DNA of 64,000 bases from the human T2T-CHM13v2.0 reference genome, Homo sapiens: assembly GCF_009914755.1 (NCBI RefSeq), contig NC_060946.1, one strand, 5' to 3'. This document shows positions 47,802 to 59,967 of this stretch, piece after piece; the first letter of the stretch is position 1; every line of letters begins with the position of its first letter. A model generated the notes under the pieces. It had not been told where the DNA came from and searched no databases. It saw nothing but the letters and a program-made list of their open reading frames with translations. A program made the position numbers and the translations under genes.

Positions 47802-48217
47802 GTGCGCAGCCGCGGGCAAGGGTCAGGGTCAGGGTCGGGGTCAAAGCCACCTGTTTGCCTGTTGCCCAGGTTCCTCTCACAGCCCATGCCCCCAGTCAGT
47901 GTGGCTGTGCCTGGCCTGCCCTGGGGATTGCCGGGTTAGGGACCTCCCCTGGGCCAGGAGAAATGAAAGAGGCTCCATTACCCGGTTTCAGGCAAGGGAG
48001 GAGGAAATGGGTGGCTCTCCAAGCTGAGGCAGGGGCTGGTCACCCGAGGACTGGGTTGCTGAGCAGTTGCTGGGGATGGGTCAGGTCTCAGTGCAAGGTT
48101 GGCCCCCCGGTACCACACCCAGGCCCAAAGTGGGTGGGGCTCAGGGCTCCTCCTGTCCCCACTTCTCCAGCCTTGCAGTGACCGGAGAGGCAGGACTTTC
48201 TCATTGCTCTTTGTGTT

Positions 48218-48523
48218 TTCGGTTTTTGTTTTTTTTTTTTGAGACAGAGTCTCGCTCTGTTGCCCAGGCTGGAGTGCAGTGGTGCGATCTTGGCTCACTG
48301 CAACCTTCGCCTCCTGGGTTCTAGTGATGCTCCCGCCTCAGCCTCCTGAGTAGCTGGGATTACAGGTGCCTGCCACCACACCTGGCTAATTTTTTGTATT
48401 TTTAGTAGAGACGGGGTTTCACCATGTTGCCCAGGTTCATCTCAAACTCCTGAGCTCAGGCAATCCACCCACCTCAGCCTCCCAAAGTGCTGGGAATACA
48501 GGCATGAGCCACCGCGCCCGGCC
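48218..48523 (-). mobile_element. Alu, antisense
   Basis: Full Alu; ctttgtgttttc on both flanks. Confidence 0.88.
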
Positions 48524-49452
48524 AGGCTTTGTGTTTTCAAAGGGGGCCCAGCACGCCTGACCCCAGCCCTGGTCAGTTTGCCTTCCCCCTGTTCAAAGGA
48601 AACAATTATAATGAGATCTTATAGAAATGTCCCTAAACGTTTGGCGCCTGCCTTTCATTTTTTAATTTCTCCAGATGAGGCAAGTCACCAAAGAAGACCT
48701 CTGTGGGCCGTCTTCTAAAGGGCAGTCCCCGGTCCAGCCAGGGCCCAGCACTGGGCAGCCTCCCCACCAGAGCCTGGGGCCCAGTGATCTCGAAGGGGCA
48801 TAGAATTCGGCAGTGCCGTGCTGCTCACTGCTGCGGTGTCACAGAGGGAAGGGGGCGTGGGGCAGGGTCTGGGAAACACCAGGTGTCCGCTTCACCTGTC
48901 CCCTCCCGGGGGACACTTGCTGTGCCCTGGTGTCTAGGTTTCTACTGGGGTTGGTCACAGGCACGTCTGAGCTCAGACCCCAGCCCCTCCAGAGGTGGAG
49001 TGGGTCCCAGTGGACCAAGGCCTCGTGAATGTCTCATCCTAAGTTAGCCTGGGCTCCCCAGGGTGGCCTGGGCCCCGGGGAAACACGGGCACTCCATCAG
49101 GCGGGACATTCCCAGGGCTCATGGCTCAGGCCCAGACCGTCCCTGGGCGCGTGCAGGTGTGAGCGATTGCCCGGCGCTGTGTGGCCCCCGGGGCTTTGCT
49201 GCCCTTCTGTGGGCATCATCTCCTTCACACGTGGACACCCCCGTGGTGCCAGCCGGCCGGTGAGACAGGGGCAATAGGCCTCGGGCTGTAGCTGCTGAAG
49301 ATGGGGGTGGCCTGGTGTCCGCACCAGCAGTGCTGTGCTGACCTCAGCAGGCAGGTGTGAGTGGTGAGGCCCTTTCTCCAGCCTGCCTGCCCAGCACCCA
49401 GCGTCTGTGCCAGCTCAAGGCGGCCCCTTCGCAGAACGAGACTGCCTCATGA

Positions 49453-49757
<305 letters not shown>

Positions 49758-50000
49758 CGTGAAGGTCTTTTCTGAAGGGAGCTACCTTTGAGAAGTGCCT
49801 GTTGGGACAGAACTCCCTGCTCTGGTCTGACCCTCTGCACGCTAGGGTGGTCCTGCACCTGTCGGGGAGGGGGCCAAGGACACAGCACTGGGCTGGGGCA
49901 GGGCTCTGCGCTGGTGCTGCCTGCCATCCCAGTTCTGCCATTCCCCCAGCGCACCCCTGCACCCGCCCCTCCAGCTGATGCCTGCTCCCTCTCTCTGCAG

Positions 50001-50111
50001 AACGGGCTCATGTCGGGGCTGATGCAGATGCTGCTGCTGAAGGTGTCTGCACACATCACCGAGCAGCTGGGCATGGCCCCAGGTGGCGAGTTCAGGGAGG
50101 CCTTCAAGGAG
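50001..50111 (+). CDS. TRABD: TRABD coding exon 5 (PGGEF)
   Basis: tgcag|AAC ... GAG|gtgggc. Confidence 0.95.
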
Positions 50112-50208
50112 GTGGGCACAGGGTGAGGTAGGGGGTGGCCACAGGGATGTGGCTCACAGGGGTGGTCCGGGGTTCCCACTGCTCCCCAACACCCAGCCTC
50201 TGCTCCAG

Positions 50209-50348
50209 GCCAGCAAGGTGCCTTTCTGCAAGTTCCACCTGGGTGACCGACCCATCCCCGTCACCTTCAAGAGGGCCATCGCAGCGCTCTCCTTCTGGCA
50301 GAAGGTCAGGCTGGCTTGGGGCCTGTGCTTCCTGTCAGACCCCATCAG
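50209..50348 (+). CDS. TRABD: TRABD coding exon 6 (LGDRPI)
   Basis: tccag|GCC ... ATC AG|gtaggg. Confidence 0.95.
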
Positions 50349-50582
50349 GTAGGGCTGCCCCCGGGACCCTGGCCGGCCTGCAGGGTGGTCTGTGGGAGGC
50401 TCCAGGCCCTCCTGTGCAGGTCCAAGCGCAGCCAATCCTCACTCAAGGCCTTCCCTGCCCTTTCCTTCCGCCACAAATCCCAAACAAACGTGCTGTGGTC
50501 CCTGCCCGGTGTCCACAGTGCCAGCCCCACCCCCCCAGCCCGTTGCCCATCCCTGCGGGGCTGCAGCCATCCCTCTCCACAG

Positions 50583-50755
50583 CAAGGATGACGTGGAACG
50601 CTGCAAGCAGAAGGACCTACTGGAGCAGATGATGGCCGAGATGATTGGCGAGTTCCCAGACCTGCACCGCACCATCGTCTCGGAGCGCGACGTCTACCTA
50701 ACCTACATGCTGCGCCAGGCCGCGCGGCGCCTCGAGCTGCCTCGGGCCTCTGACG
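50583..50755 (+). CDS. TRABD: TRABD coding exon 7 (SERDVYL)
   Basis: cacag|C AAG ... GAC G|gtgacg. Confidence 0.95.
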
Positions 50756-50834
50756 GTGACGGCCGCCCGCAGGCGTGGGACCCCCTGTGAGGCTGAGGCC
50801 CGAGCAGGTACTGACCCCTTGTCCTTCCCCACAG

Positions 50835-50946
50835 CCGAGCCCAGGAAGTGCGTCCCCTCCGTGGTCGTGGGCGTCGTGGGCATGGGCCACGTGCCTGGCA
50901 TCGAGAAGAACTGGAGCACCGACCTCAACATCCAGGAGATCATGAC
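50835..50946 (+). CDS. TRABD: TRABD coding exon 8 (VVGMGHVPGI)
   Basis: acag|CC GAG ... ATG AC|gtgagt; GxxH motif of the TraB family. Confidence 0.95.
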
Positions 50947-51104
50947 GTGAGTGCCCGCCCCTCCCTGCAAGCCCCACCCCACAAGCCCCCAGGTGGAGGC
51001 TGAGCGCCCTGGAGGCCAACCACATGCGGCAGTGACCCAGGCATGGGGGCTGGGGTATGGGGAGCCCACCCCCAGCCAGGCCCAGCGCCCCCTCCCTCCC
51101 ACAG

Positions 51105-51279
51105 CGTGCCCCCGCCGTCCGTCTCCGGCAGAGTGTCTCGGTTGGCCGTGAAGGCCGCCTTCTTCGGCCTGCTGGGCTACAGCCTGTACTGGATGGGCCG
51201 CCGCACCGCGAGCCTGGTCCTGTCGCTGCCCGCCGCGCAGTACTGCCTGCAGAGGGTGACCGAGGCCCGGCACAAGTAG
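51105..51279 (+). CDS. TRABD: TRABD last coding exon (hydrophobic C-terminal helix) to stop
   Basis: acag|C GTG ... CAC AAG TAG; joined CDS 1131 nt = 376 aa. Confidence 0.95.
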
Positions 51280-51446
51280 GAGACTGCTCCCCGCCCGCTC
51301 GGGCCCCTGAGGAGCCAGTGCCCCCGCGGCACTTCTGGGTGCCAGGTGCATCCTAGCCCGCCCGAGGCCCCTGCCACCCCCCATGGGGGTCTGGGCCCGG
51401 CCTCGCCTGCCCTCCTGGGCCAGTCACCCCTCCCCCAGCCCACCCA

Positions 51447-51452
51447 AATAAA
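51447..51452 (+). terminator. TRABD: TRABD proximal poly(A) signal
   Basis: AATAAA about 170 nt after the stop. Confidence 0.7.
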
Positions 51453-52334
51453 GGATTATTTAACTGTCTGAGCTCAGGCCTCCCGGCAGCCCCTCCCCTC
51501 CCACACTGCAGGGGCCGTTCCCCGGCTTCTGGACAAGACACCCAGCTCCGAGGGGGCAGGGGCTTATAGGAGGGGCCGAGGCGTGCGCTGCCCTCTCAGC
51601 CCTGGTGGCAGGCGGGGGACAATGGCCACTGTCCCTACCTCACTGTGCCTTCCTGTGCTCCGGCCACAGGAGCGTCGGCCCAGGGGCGGCTCCTGGGGGC
51701 TCCAGGGCAGGCGAGACTGGGAAAGGCCCAGCCCTGGAGCTCCAGCCGACCCCACCGTGCCCCTGGCATCCTGGCCCTGGCCGCCACCTCCCTGGCACCG
51801 TCTGCCTGCAGGGATTCTGTGTTTTTGGCTTTTTTAATGTCTTAAAATCTTTTACTCAGGTAATTTTAATTTCAGAGAGAAAAACTGAAGTAAATGTCAA
51901 AAAACACCAGCCTTAAATCCAAAGGGAGAGAATTCGTGTTCTTGGGTCTGTCCCGAGTGGGCTCGCGTGCAGCCAAACATCAGCTCTGGGTCCAGGCGTG
52001 GCCTCAGCTGGGAGCCTGTGTCCTGAGCCCCCGGAGCGAAGGGGTGCCTGGGGCATCTTGGCCCTCTCTGGGCAGACAATGTGTGCACCTATGTGGAAGG
52101 CCAAGGACATGGGCTGTGGCCAGGCCTGTCCCGCTCAGGCCCCCTGCCCGGCGGCCGTCTGTGTGCGGGGCCTCCCTCCTGGCTGTCCAGGACACAGCCC
52201 GTGCAGCCCCAGCCTGGACCCAGGCCATCTCTGGTTGTGTCTGTGCCGACTCGGTGTTGAATCAAATCAGGTGTGCGTCAGGAGCCGGCTGTGTCCTTCC
52301 TGCCACACTCGGGGATTCATTCCTTAGAAACTGA

Positions 52335-52340
52335 AATAAA
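52335..52340 (+). terminator. TRABD: TRABD distal poly(A) signal
   Basis: AATAAA followed by a U/GU-rich element (tgttttgtgacgtgtg). Confidence 0.75.
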
Positions 52341-52959
52341 TTCTAATTTTGGAAACTCCTGTTTTGTGACGTGTGAACATGGGGTTCAGGTAATGAAGGA
52401 TCCCTGCCTCTTCCCCCGTGCTCCAGTGCAGCGGGTACTCGTGGCCCTGCCGGGGCCCTGGGGGAAGGAACCTGCCTGGTTTCCAGCAGAAGAGACAGAG
52501 TCGGGTCCCTCCATGCTGACCTGTGGGACCCTTCTCACCCACCAGGTGGGACGCAGGTGGCCTGCTGACACTCAAGACCCTCCATACCCAGTCCCACCAG
52601 ATTCCAGAGTGTGGACCAGACTGAGCCAGACTGGGGCCCCAGGGGGTCGAGGAGACAGATCAGGAGGGCCCAGGGCCTGGGGAATGGGGAGGGGTAACAC
52701 CTGCCAAGGAGGATGCTGGGAACGGGCGCCCAGAGCGGCCGGGGGGAGGGGGCTGCTGAAGAGGGAACGGTTGCTGTGGGCTGCAGAGGAGGGTTGGGCA
52801 CGGGGACCTCACCACATTATCCCTCATCCAGTCACCTGCCCAACGCACGCGGAGGGTCCTGAGGGCTTCACCCGCAGCCCCAAAGGGGCAGAGCTGGGGT
52901 CACGCAGAGTCTCGGAAGCCCACGCTGTGGCCCCAGGAGAAGCTTCTGGATGTAGCTCC

Positions 52960-54760
52960 TGTATGTGAAGGGTGGGCTCGCGCCGCTGCCGGAATAAAGG
53001 GAAACCACAGGCAGGAGGGAGGCGCGTCCAGGATCCGCGGCCACCGGCCTCTCAGACAGTCCTCTGGGGCCGGGGCCGGAGGAGATGGAAAGCGGGGGCA
53101 CCACAGACTCATCTGAACCCCCGCGTTCATTCGGACACACAGACCCCAAATTCCTCCCCCAGGGGTCGGGTCCCTCAAGCCAGCCGAAGACCCCGGTGCC
53201 CGCCCAGCCCTCCGGGAGGGTCTGCGCCTGCGGCCTCGCGGGGCCTCTCCGAGCCCGGGCGCTGTTCCATGGGCGGGGCACAGGTCCAAGGCCCCTTCCC
53301 TCCTAGACGGCAGGCGAGGGGCCCGAGAGGCCGGAGGCCAGGGGACAAGGTCCCCGAGAGGCGGCGCGAGGCTCCGGCGGCCCAGAACCTCGGCGGGGTC
53401 CGGGTGGGGTCCCGGCCGCCCGTGGGGCGCGGGGCTAAGCCCCGGCCCGACCCGAACGGACGCGGGCCTCGGTCCCCGCTGCCGGCGCCGGTGCAGCCGA
53501 GGAAATCCGGGGCTGCCCGAGCGGGGTCGTCGCTGGCGGTCTCGGAGGCGTTCCCATCTGTCACCCCGTTCGCATCAGCGCGCGCCCCGTGACGCCGACA
53601 GCCACCCCGGACGCCTCCGACCCTCCGGCCGGGAGATGCGGATAGACGGACGAGGCAGCCAATTAGAGCCCGGCCAGACACCGCGACCCCTCCCCCCCCC
53701 CCGCCCCACTCTCGCCCACTGGCGATTGGGTTGCGGGACGCGCGGGGCGGGGCTTCCGGGCGGGGCAGGCTGGCTTCCGGCGGGAGCGGGGCCGCGGATG
53801 GCCGCATACAGGGCAGCGCTCGGGGCTTCGCTCGCGGCTGCCCGACTCTTGCCCCTCGGCCGCTGTTCCCCGTCGCCGGCGCCCCGCTCTACGTTGTCGG
53901 GCGCCGCCATGGAGCCCGCGCCTCGCTGGCTGGCGGGGCTGCGCTTCGACAACCGCGCCCTGCGCGCGCTGCCCGTGGAGGCGCCGCCGCCCGGTCCCGA
54001 GGGCGCCCCGTCCGCGCCGCGGCCCGTGCCCGGGGCCTGCTTCACCCGCGTGCAGCCCACCCCGCTGCGGCAGCCGCGCCTCGTGGCGCTGTCAGAGCCC
54101 GCGCTGGCGCTGCTGGGCCTGGGCGCGCCGCCCGCGCGCGAGGCCGAGGCCGAGGCCGCGCTGTTCTTCAGCGGCAACGCGCTCCTGCCGGGCGCCGAGC
54201 CCGCCGCGCACTGCTACTGCGGCCACCAATTCGGCCAGTTCGCCGGGCAGCTGGGCGACGGCGCCGCCATGTACCTGGGCGAGGTGTGCACGGCGAACGG
54301 CGAGCGCTGGGAGCTGCAGCTCAAGGGCGCCGGGCCCACGCCCTTCTCCAGGTGGGCCGGGGCGGGCGAGGGGCGCGGGTGGGTCCTCCCCGCCGGGGCG
54401 CCCCTTCCCTCCGCCCGGCGCGGTGTTGGGGGCGTCCGGCGGCTACTGCCAAGTGGGGCCTCCCCTGCACCCGCGGGAGCGCGGTGCTGGCAGCCGCCCG
54501 CGCCCTGTGCTTATCAACCCGCCGAGGACCTTGGAGTCAGCTCCACCAGGGACGCCGCTCATGTTTACCGACGTTCGCTGGGGCTCCAAACCCAGGGGCG
54601 GGAGCCGGGATGAGAGGTTAGGCTAACCCTAACCCTAACCCCGCAGGTCCCCAGCCTTCCTCCGATCGCTCGTGGGGCGGGCCGCTTCGTCCAGCAGCCT
54701 CGCTCTGCGACTGACTTCACGGAGGCCTGGCCCTGACTTCCCTGCGGGCAGCCCTTTTTA
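52960..54760. promoter_or_regulatory. SELENOO: CpG island / promoter of SELENOO
   Basis: CpG-dense; CCAAT (~53659), inverted CCAAT (attgg, ~53725), GC boxes and two ETS cttccgg motifs directly upstream of the ATG. Confidence 0.88.
53798..54351 (+). CDS. SELENOO: Selenoprotein O coding exon 1 (mitochondrial-presequence-like N-terminus; GQLGDG and LQLKGAG motifs)
   Basis: MAAYRAALGASLAAARLLPLGR...YCGHQFGQFAGQLGDG...ELQLKGAGPTPFSR; donor AG|gtgggc. Confidence 0.97.
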
Positions 54761-55639
54761 ACCCCGAAGTGAGGTGGGCATCGTTTAGATTTCTGTGGGG
54801 GGGCACACAGGTGGTCTAATAAGGCAGGATCTGGGTCCAGATGCCGCCAGGCCCACCGGGGAGCCGTGCACGCGCCACCTGCCTCCTGTGTATAGACAGC
54901 GCTTGGGTCTGTTCTGCTCTTTTCTACTAAACAATGTACTTACTCCATATTCTTTACTGCTTTTGTGAATGACTAGGAAAACAATACCCACAAGTGTACA
55001 TTTTATGTTCAGAGAAATGCTAAACCCGCATCTCATCCGGCCCCTCCCTGTGCTCTCATCACCTCCCCCTCCAGCACCTGAAATGCCCCTCGGTCCCTCA
55101 GCATCCCTTCCCCGGGGCTCCATCTCCCAAGCAAGCTCCTCAGACTGAGGGTCTTCCTCACTCCCCCGTCTCCAAATCCGTTCTGTTCTGTGTCTGAGGG
55201 CAACCTGGCTCTGGCTCTCCCTCCCCACCCCCAGCGACCTGCTTAGAGTTGACAGCACCGGCCGCCCACTGGAGCGTTTCTGACCCTTGGAACGTGGTGG
55301 AAATGCTGCTCAGCCTGGGGCCTGCTTGTCCTGTGAGCATTTTTTTTTTTTAATTTTTGTTTTTCTTTTTGGCGATCATCTTAAACTTTATGTTTTCATT
55401 TTTGGTGATATTTTAAAGTTAAAAAGACAATTTTTTTTATGAGAGTAATCTGTCGCTGGAAGACACTTTTTATGTTTGAAGACTTGAGTATTAACTCACT
55501 GCTTTCAGACCTGAGAGCTGCTAGAATATATTTTCTCCTAAAAATTAAGGAGTCCTTTGACCTTTACTCAGGCCCTGCCTGACATCCCCACACGTGTCCT
55601 GGGGTCCCTGGCCTCACCAGTTCTCCAAGATTGAGGCTA

Positions 55640-58465
55640 ACGTCTGAAGTGGCTGTGAGAAGGAAGAGACTTGAACAGTGAAAACTGAAAAACATAAAGA
55701 AAATAAAGAAAACATAAATAAATGGAAACATCCCTTGTTCGTGGGTTGGATAACTTAATATTAGAAAGACAACGGTACTCTTTGAAGAGATTCAGTATAG
55801 TCCTTATCAAAATACCAATGACAGTTTTTGCAAAAATAGAAAAACCCATTCTAAAATTCACATGGGGTCAGGTGCAGTGGCTCACTCCTGTAATCCCAGC
55901 ACTTTGGGAGGCCAAGGCAGGAGGATTGCTTAAGGCCAGGAGTTGGAGACCAGCCTGGGAAACAGCAAGACCCTGTCTCTTCAAAAAAATATTTTTTTTT
56001 ATTAGCTGGGCATGGTGGCGTGTGCTTCTAATTGCAGCTACTCAGGAGACTGAGGTGGAAGAATCACTTGAGCCCAGGATTCAAGGCTGCAGTGAGTTGT
56101 GATTATCCCATTGCACTCCAGCCTGGATGACAGAGTGAGACCCTGTCTCAAAAAGTAATACAATTCATATGGAATCTCAAGGGACCCTGAATGGACAAAA
56201 CAATCTTGAAGAAAGTTGGAGGACTCATGCTTCCTGATTTCAAAACTTACTACAAAGCCGCAGTCAGCAAAACAGTATGGCATTGGCATAAGGATAGACA
56301 TAGACCAGTGGGATGGAATAAAGAGCCTAGAAATAAACCTTCACATATATGGTCAGCAAATTTTCAACAAGTGTGCTGAGACCATTCAATGGAGAAAGAC
56401 TTTTCAACAAATGGTGCTGGGAAAACTGGATCCTCATGCAAAAGAATGAAGCTGGGTCCTTAACTACACCATGAACGAAGTTAAGAGTGGACCAAAGACC
56501 TAAACATAAGAGCTAAAACTCCTAGAGAAAATAGGGAAAATGCCTCATGACATTGGATTTGGCAGCGTTCTTGGCTGTGACACAAAAGGCACAGGCAACT
56601 AAAGAAACAGGCAAACAAGACTTCATGAACACTTTAAAAATTAGGCATAAAAATACAGTATTAACAGTAAAAATGCAGCCCACAGAATGGGAGGAAACAT
56701 TTGCAATTCATATATCTGATAAGTAATTAAGATCCAGAATATACAGAGAACTCTCAAAACTCAGCAACAGGAAAAAAAAATTCAAAAATGGACAAGTATT
56801 TGAATAGACATTTCTTCAAAGATGTGGCCAATAAGCACGTGAAGAGTTTATAACATGAGAAGACGCTCAACGTCATCAATCATTAGGGAAATGCAAACCA
56901 AAACTACAGTGGGACAGCACCTCATACCCATTGGGATGGCAGTTATTTAAAAAAAGGTTGACCTGGGCGTGGTGGTGGGTGCCTGTAATCCCAGCTACTC
57001 AGGAGGCTGAGGCAGAATTGCTTGAACCCGGGAGGTGGAGCTTGCAGTGAGCCAAGATCACACCACTGCACTTCAGCCTGGGCGACAGGGCAAGACTGTC
57101 TCGGAAAAATAAAAGGTTGGTTGGGCACAGTGGCTCAGGCCTGTAATCCCAGCACTTTGGGAGGCTGAGGTGGGCGGATCATTTGAGGTCAGGAGTTTGA
57201 GACCAGCCTGGCCAACATGGTGAAACCCCAGCTCTACAAAAAATACAAAAATTAGCCGGGCATGGTGGAGCGTGCCTGTGATCCCAGCTACCTGGGAGGC
57301 TGAGGCAGGAGAATCACTTGAACCCAGGAGGCGGAGGTTGCAGTGAGCCGAGATCACGCCACTGTCCCTGGGTGACAGAGTGAGACCCTGTCTCAAAAAA
57401 AAAAAATCGTAAGTTAAAAAGTGTTGCGGCTGTGGAGAAATTGGAACCCTTCTGCACTGTTGGTGGGAATGTAAAATGATAGAGTTGCTGTGGAAAACAG
57501 TGTGGAAGTTCCTCAAATAATTAAATCACCACATGATTCAGCAGTTCTGCTTCTGGGTATATCCCCAAGAGCAGGATCTCAAGATTTGTATACCGATATT
57601 CATGGCCAAAAGGCAGAACAAGTGTCTATCAGCAGGTGAATGGATTAAATGTGATGTGTACATACAGTGGAATATTATTCATCCTTAAGAAAGAAGATGC
57701 TGATATGCTACAACACGGATGAACCTGGAGGACGTGGTGCAGTGAAATAAGCTGGTCACAGAGAGACAAATCCTGGGTGATCCCACTTACATGAGGTACC
57801 TAGAGAGCCACATTCATAGAGACAAAGTAGAATGGTGGGTCCCAGGGGCTGGAGGGAGTAGAGGAATCGGGAGCCAGTGTTCGATGGGGACAAAGTTTCA
57901 GTTTCTGGGTCCCAGGGGCTGGAGGGAGTAGAGGAATCGGGAGCCAGTGTTCGATGGGGACAAAGTTTCAGTTTCTGGGTCCCAGGGGCTGGAGGGAGTA
58001 GAGGAATCGGGAGCCAGTGTTCGATGGGGACAAAGTTTCAATTTCACAAGACAGATTTCTGGACATGGATGGGGGTGATGGTTGTGCAACATTATGAACG
58101 TATTTAATAGCACTGATCTGTACACTTATAAATGGCTAAGATGGGCCGGGCGCAGTGGCTCATGCCTGTAATCCTAGCACTTTTGGGAGGCCAAGGTGAG
58201 AGGATCGCTTGAGCCCAGGAGTTCAAGACTAGCGTGGGCAACATAAACCCCGTCTTTACAAAAAGTAAGACAAGAATTAGCAGAGCTTGGCGGCATTGCC
58301 TGTAGTCCCATCTGCTTGGCAGGCTGAGGCGAGAGGGTGGTGCTGCAGTGAGCCAGGTTTGTGCCACTGCACTCCAGGCCAAGTGACAGAGTGAGACCCT
58401 GTCTTTAAAAAACAAAAAAAGTGGCTTAAGATGGTAAATTTATTTTATGTGTATTTTACCACAGT
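55640..58465 (+). mobile_element. Old L1 (L1M-type) ORF2 3' part and 3' UTR, interrupted by Alus (55866-56154, 56957-57114, 57118-57406, 58144-58419)
   Basis: Degenerate ORF2 peptides ([14 protein letters not shown]...[11 protein letters not shown]; [10 protein letters not shown]) and L1M 3'-end text. Confidence 0.88.
57836..58040. repeat. 70-bp tandem repeat, 3 essentially perfect copies inside the L1
   Basis: tgggtcccaggggctggagggagtagaggaatcgggagccagtgttcgatggggacaaagtttca starts at 57836, 57906 and 57976. Confidence 0.93.
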
Positions 58466-59157
58466 GAAAATAATTGAAGAAAAAGGGGGCAGTCATCTGG
58501 CCCTCAGATCTCACATCCCCTTCCCCATGCCTGTCCGATTCCCTGGCCTCGGCAGTTCTGCAGGACATGAGGCCGAGGCCGGGGACCCAAAGACCTGTGG
58601 GGAAGGGAATGCGAGACCTGGGGGTCAGAAGTGGCTGAGTGGCCTGAGGCCAGCGCTGTCGGAGCCTCGGGCGGGTTTTGCGGGGCGGGCAGCTGGCTTC
58701 TCTGCCCTGCCTCCTCCCACTGTGGGTGTGGGGGCCCCGGCAGGCACAGAGGAGCTCATTCCTCAGCTGGCCCGTACCGGGGCACCCATCCTGGTGCAAA
58801 GGCTGTTGTGTCCCATGGGGCAGGGCTGCCCCAGGCCCTTTGTCCCCACTGTGCAGTCACACAGTCCTGGCTTCTGCTGCGGAACCCTCGTCCTGGGCAG
58901 GAAGACGGGCTGCTGCGTGTGTTCAGGCCCATTTTTACCAGAGGCTGTGCCGACAACCTGCTGGGCTGTGAGGTTGCTGGAACTGGGCGGTGTTGGAGGC
59001 TCACAAGGCACCTGATGTCACCTGGGACGGGCGGTTTTCAGGGACGTGCAAGCTGCTCACGTTACACGCGTTCCCTCCTTTCCATGTGCTGCCCGGAATC
59101 CTGGTGTTGGGTGACCTCCTGACCGGCCCACGTAGTGAACTCTGTGTTTGGTTTCAG

Positions 59158-59361
59158 ACAGGCCGACGGTCGCAAGGTCCTACGGTCAAGCATCCGGGAG
59201 TTTCTATGCAGCGAAGCCATGTTCCACCTGGGAGTCCCCACCACACGGGCCGGCGCCTGCGTCACGTCCGAGTCCACGGTGGTGCGCGACGTGTTCTATG
59301 ATGGTAATCCCAAATATGAACAATGCACGGTTGTGTTGCGTGTAGCTTCCACTTTCATAAG
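59158..59361 (+). CDS. SELENOO: SELENOO coding exon 2 ([12 protein letters not shown])
   Basis: ttcag|A CAG ... ATA AG|gtaatg; 204 nt. Confidence 0.96.
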
Positions 59362-59967
59362 GTAATGCCGGGGGCCTTTCAGCCTGTCTACACGCACTTG
59401 CTTAGAGTCCTAGGAGATTTGGGCCTGTGCTGCTAGGATTCTGGTAGAAACAAACCCAGATGACCGCCTTGGCCTCTTCTGAAAGTCCAGCCTGTCCCTG
59501 GCAGCCTCAGAAGCTGCCTGTCCGCGAAGTAGCTGCGTCACGCCCACTGGGAGGGATCTGAGTGCAAAGGCATTTGGTACTCAGTTAGGACACTTGTGCT
59601 GAGCCCTCCCACGTGCCCGGCCAGGCCCTCGTTGCAGCCAGAGATGGCCCTGCGGGAGCTGGTGTGTCTCAAAGCACCAGCAGGGGGCTCCAGGGCCACG
59701 GGCACCAGAGAAGGGTCCCTGCCTGGTGCTTCTGGGGGGGGAGGGGGTCCCTGAGCCTGAGGCTGGGGACAGTGTCCAGAGCTGTTTGCTGGAGTTTATG
59801 ACAAGGAACTACTTAGACTTGACTGAGGAAATGGCCACTGAAGAAGCAGGAGCCGCAAGCTGTGCGCGGTGTCCTGCTCAGGCTTTCTGATCTGATGGTC
59901 CAGTTGCTCGTTGGTCTGGAGTCCTAGGCTGGCTCCTGTCTGACGTGAGCCATCAGTTATCAGTTCT

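Noticed and set aside
55722-56449. Reverse-transcriptase/ORF2-like peptides as a possible novel gene
   Set aside because: Frameshifted, Alu-interrupted fragments of an ancient L1.
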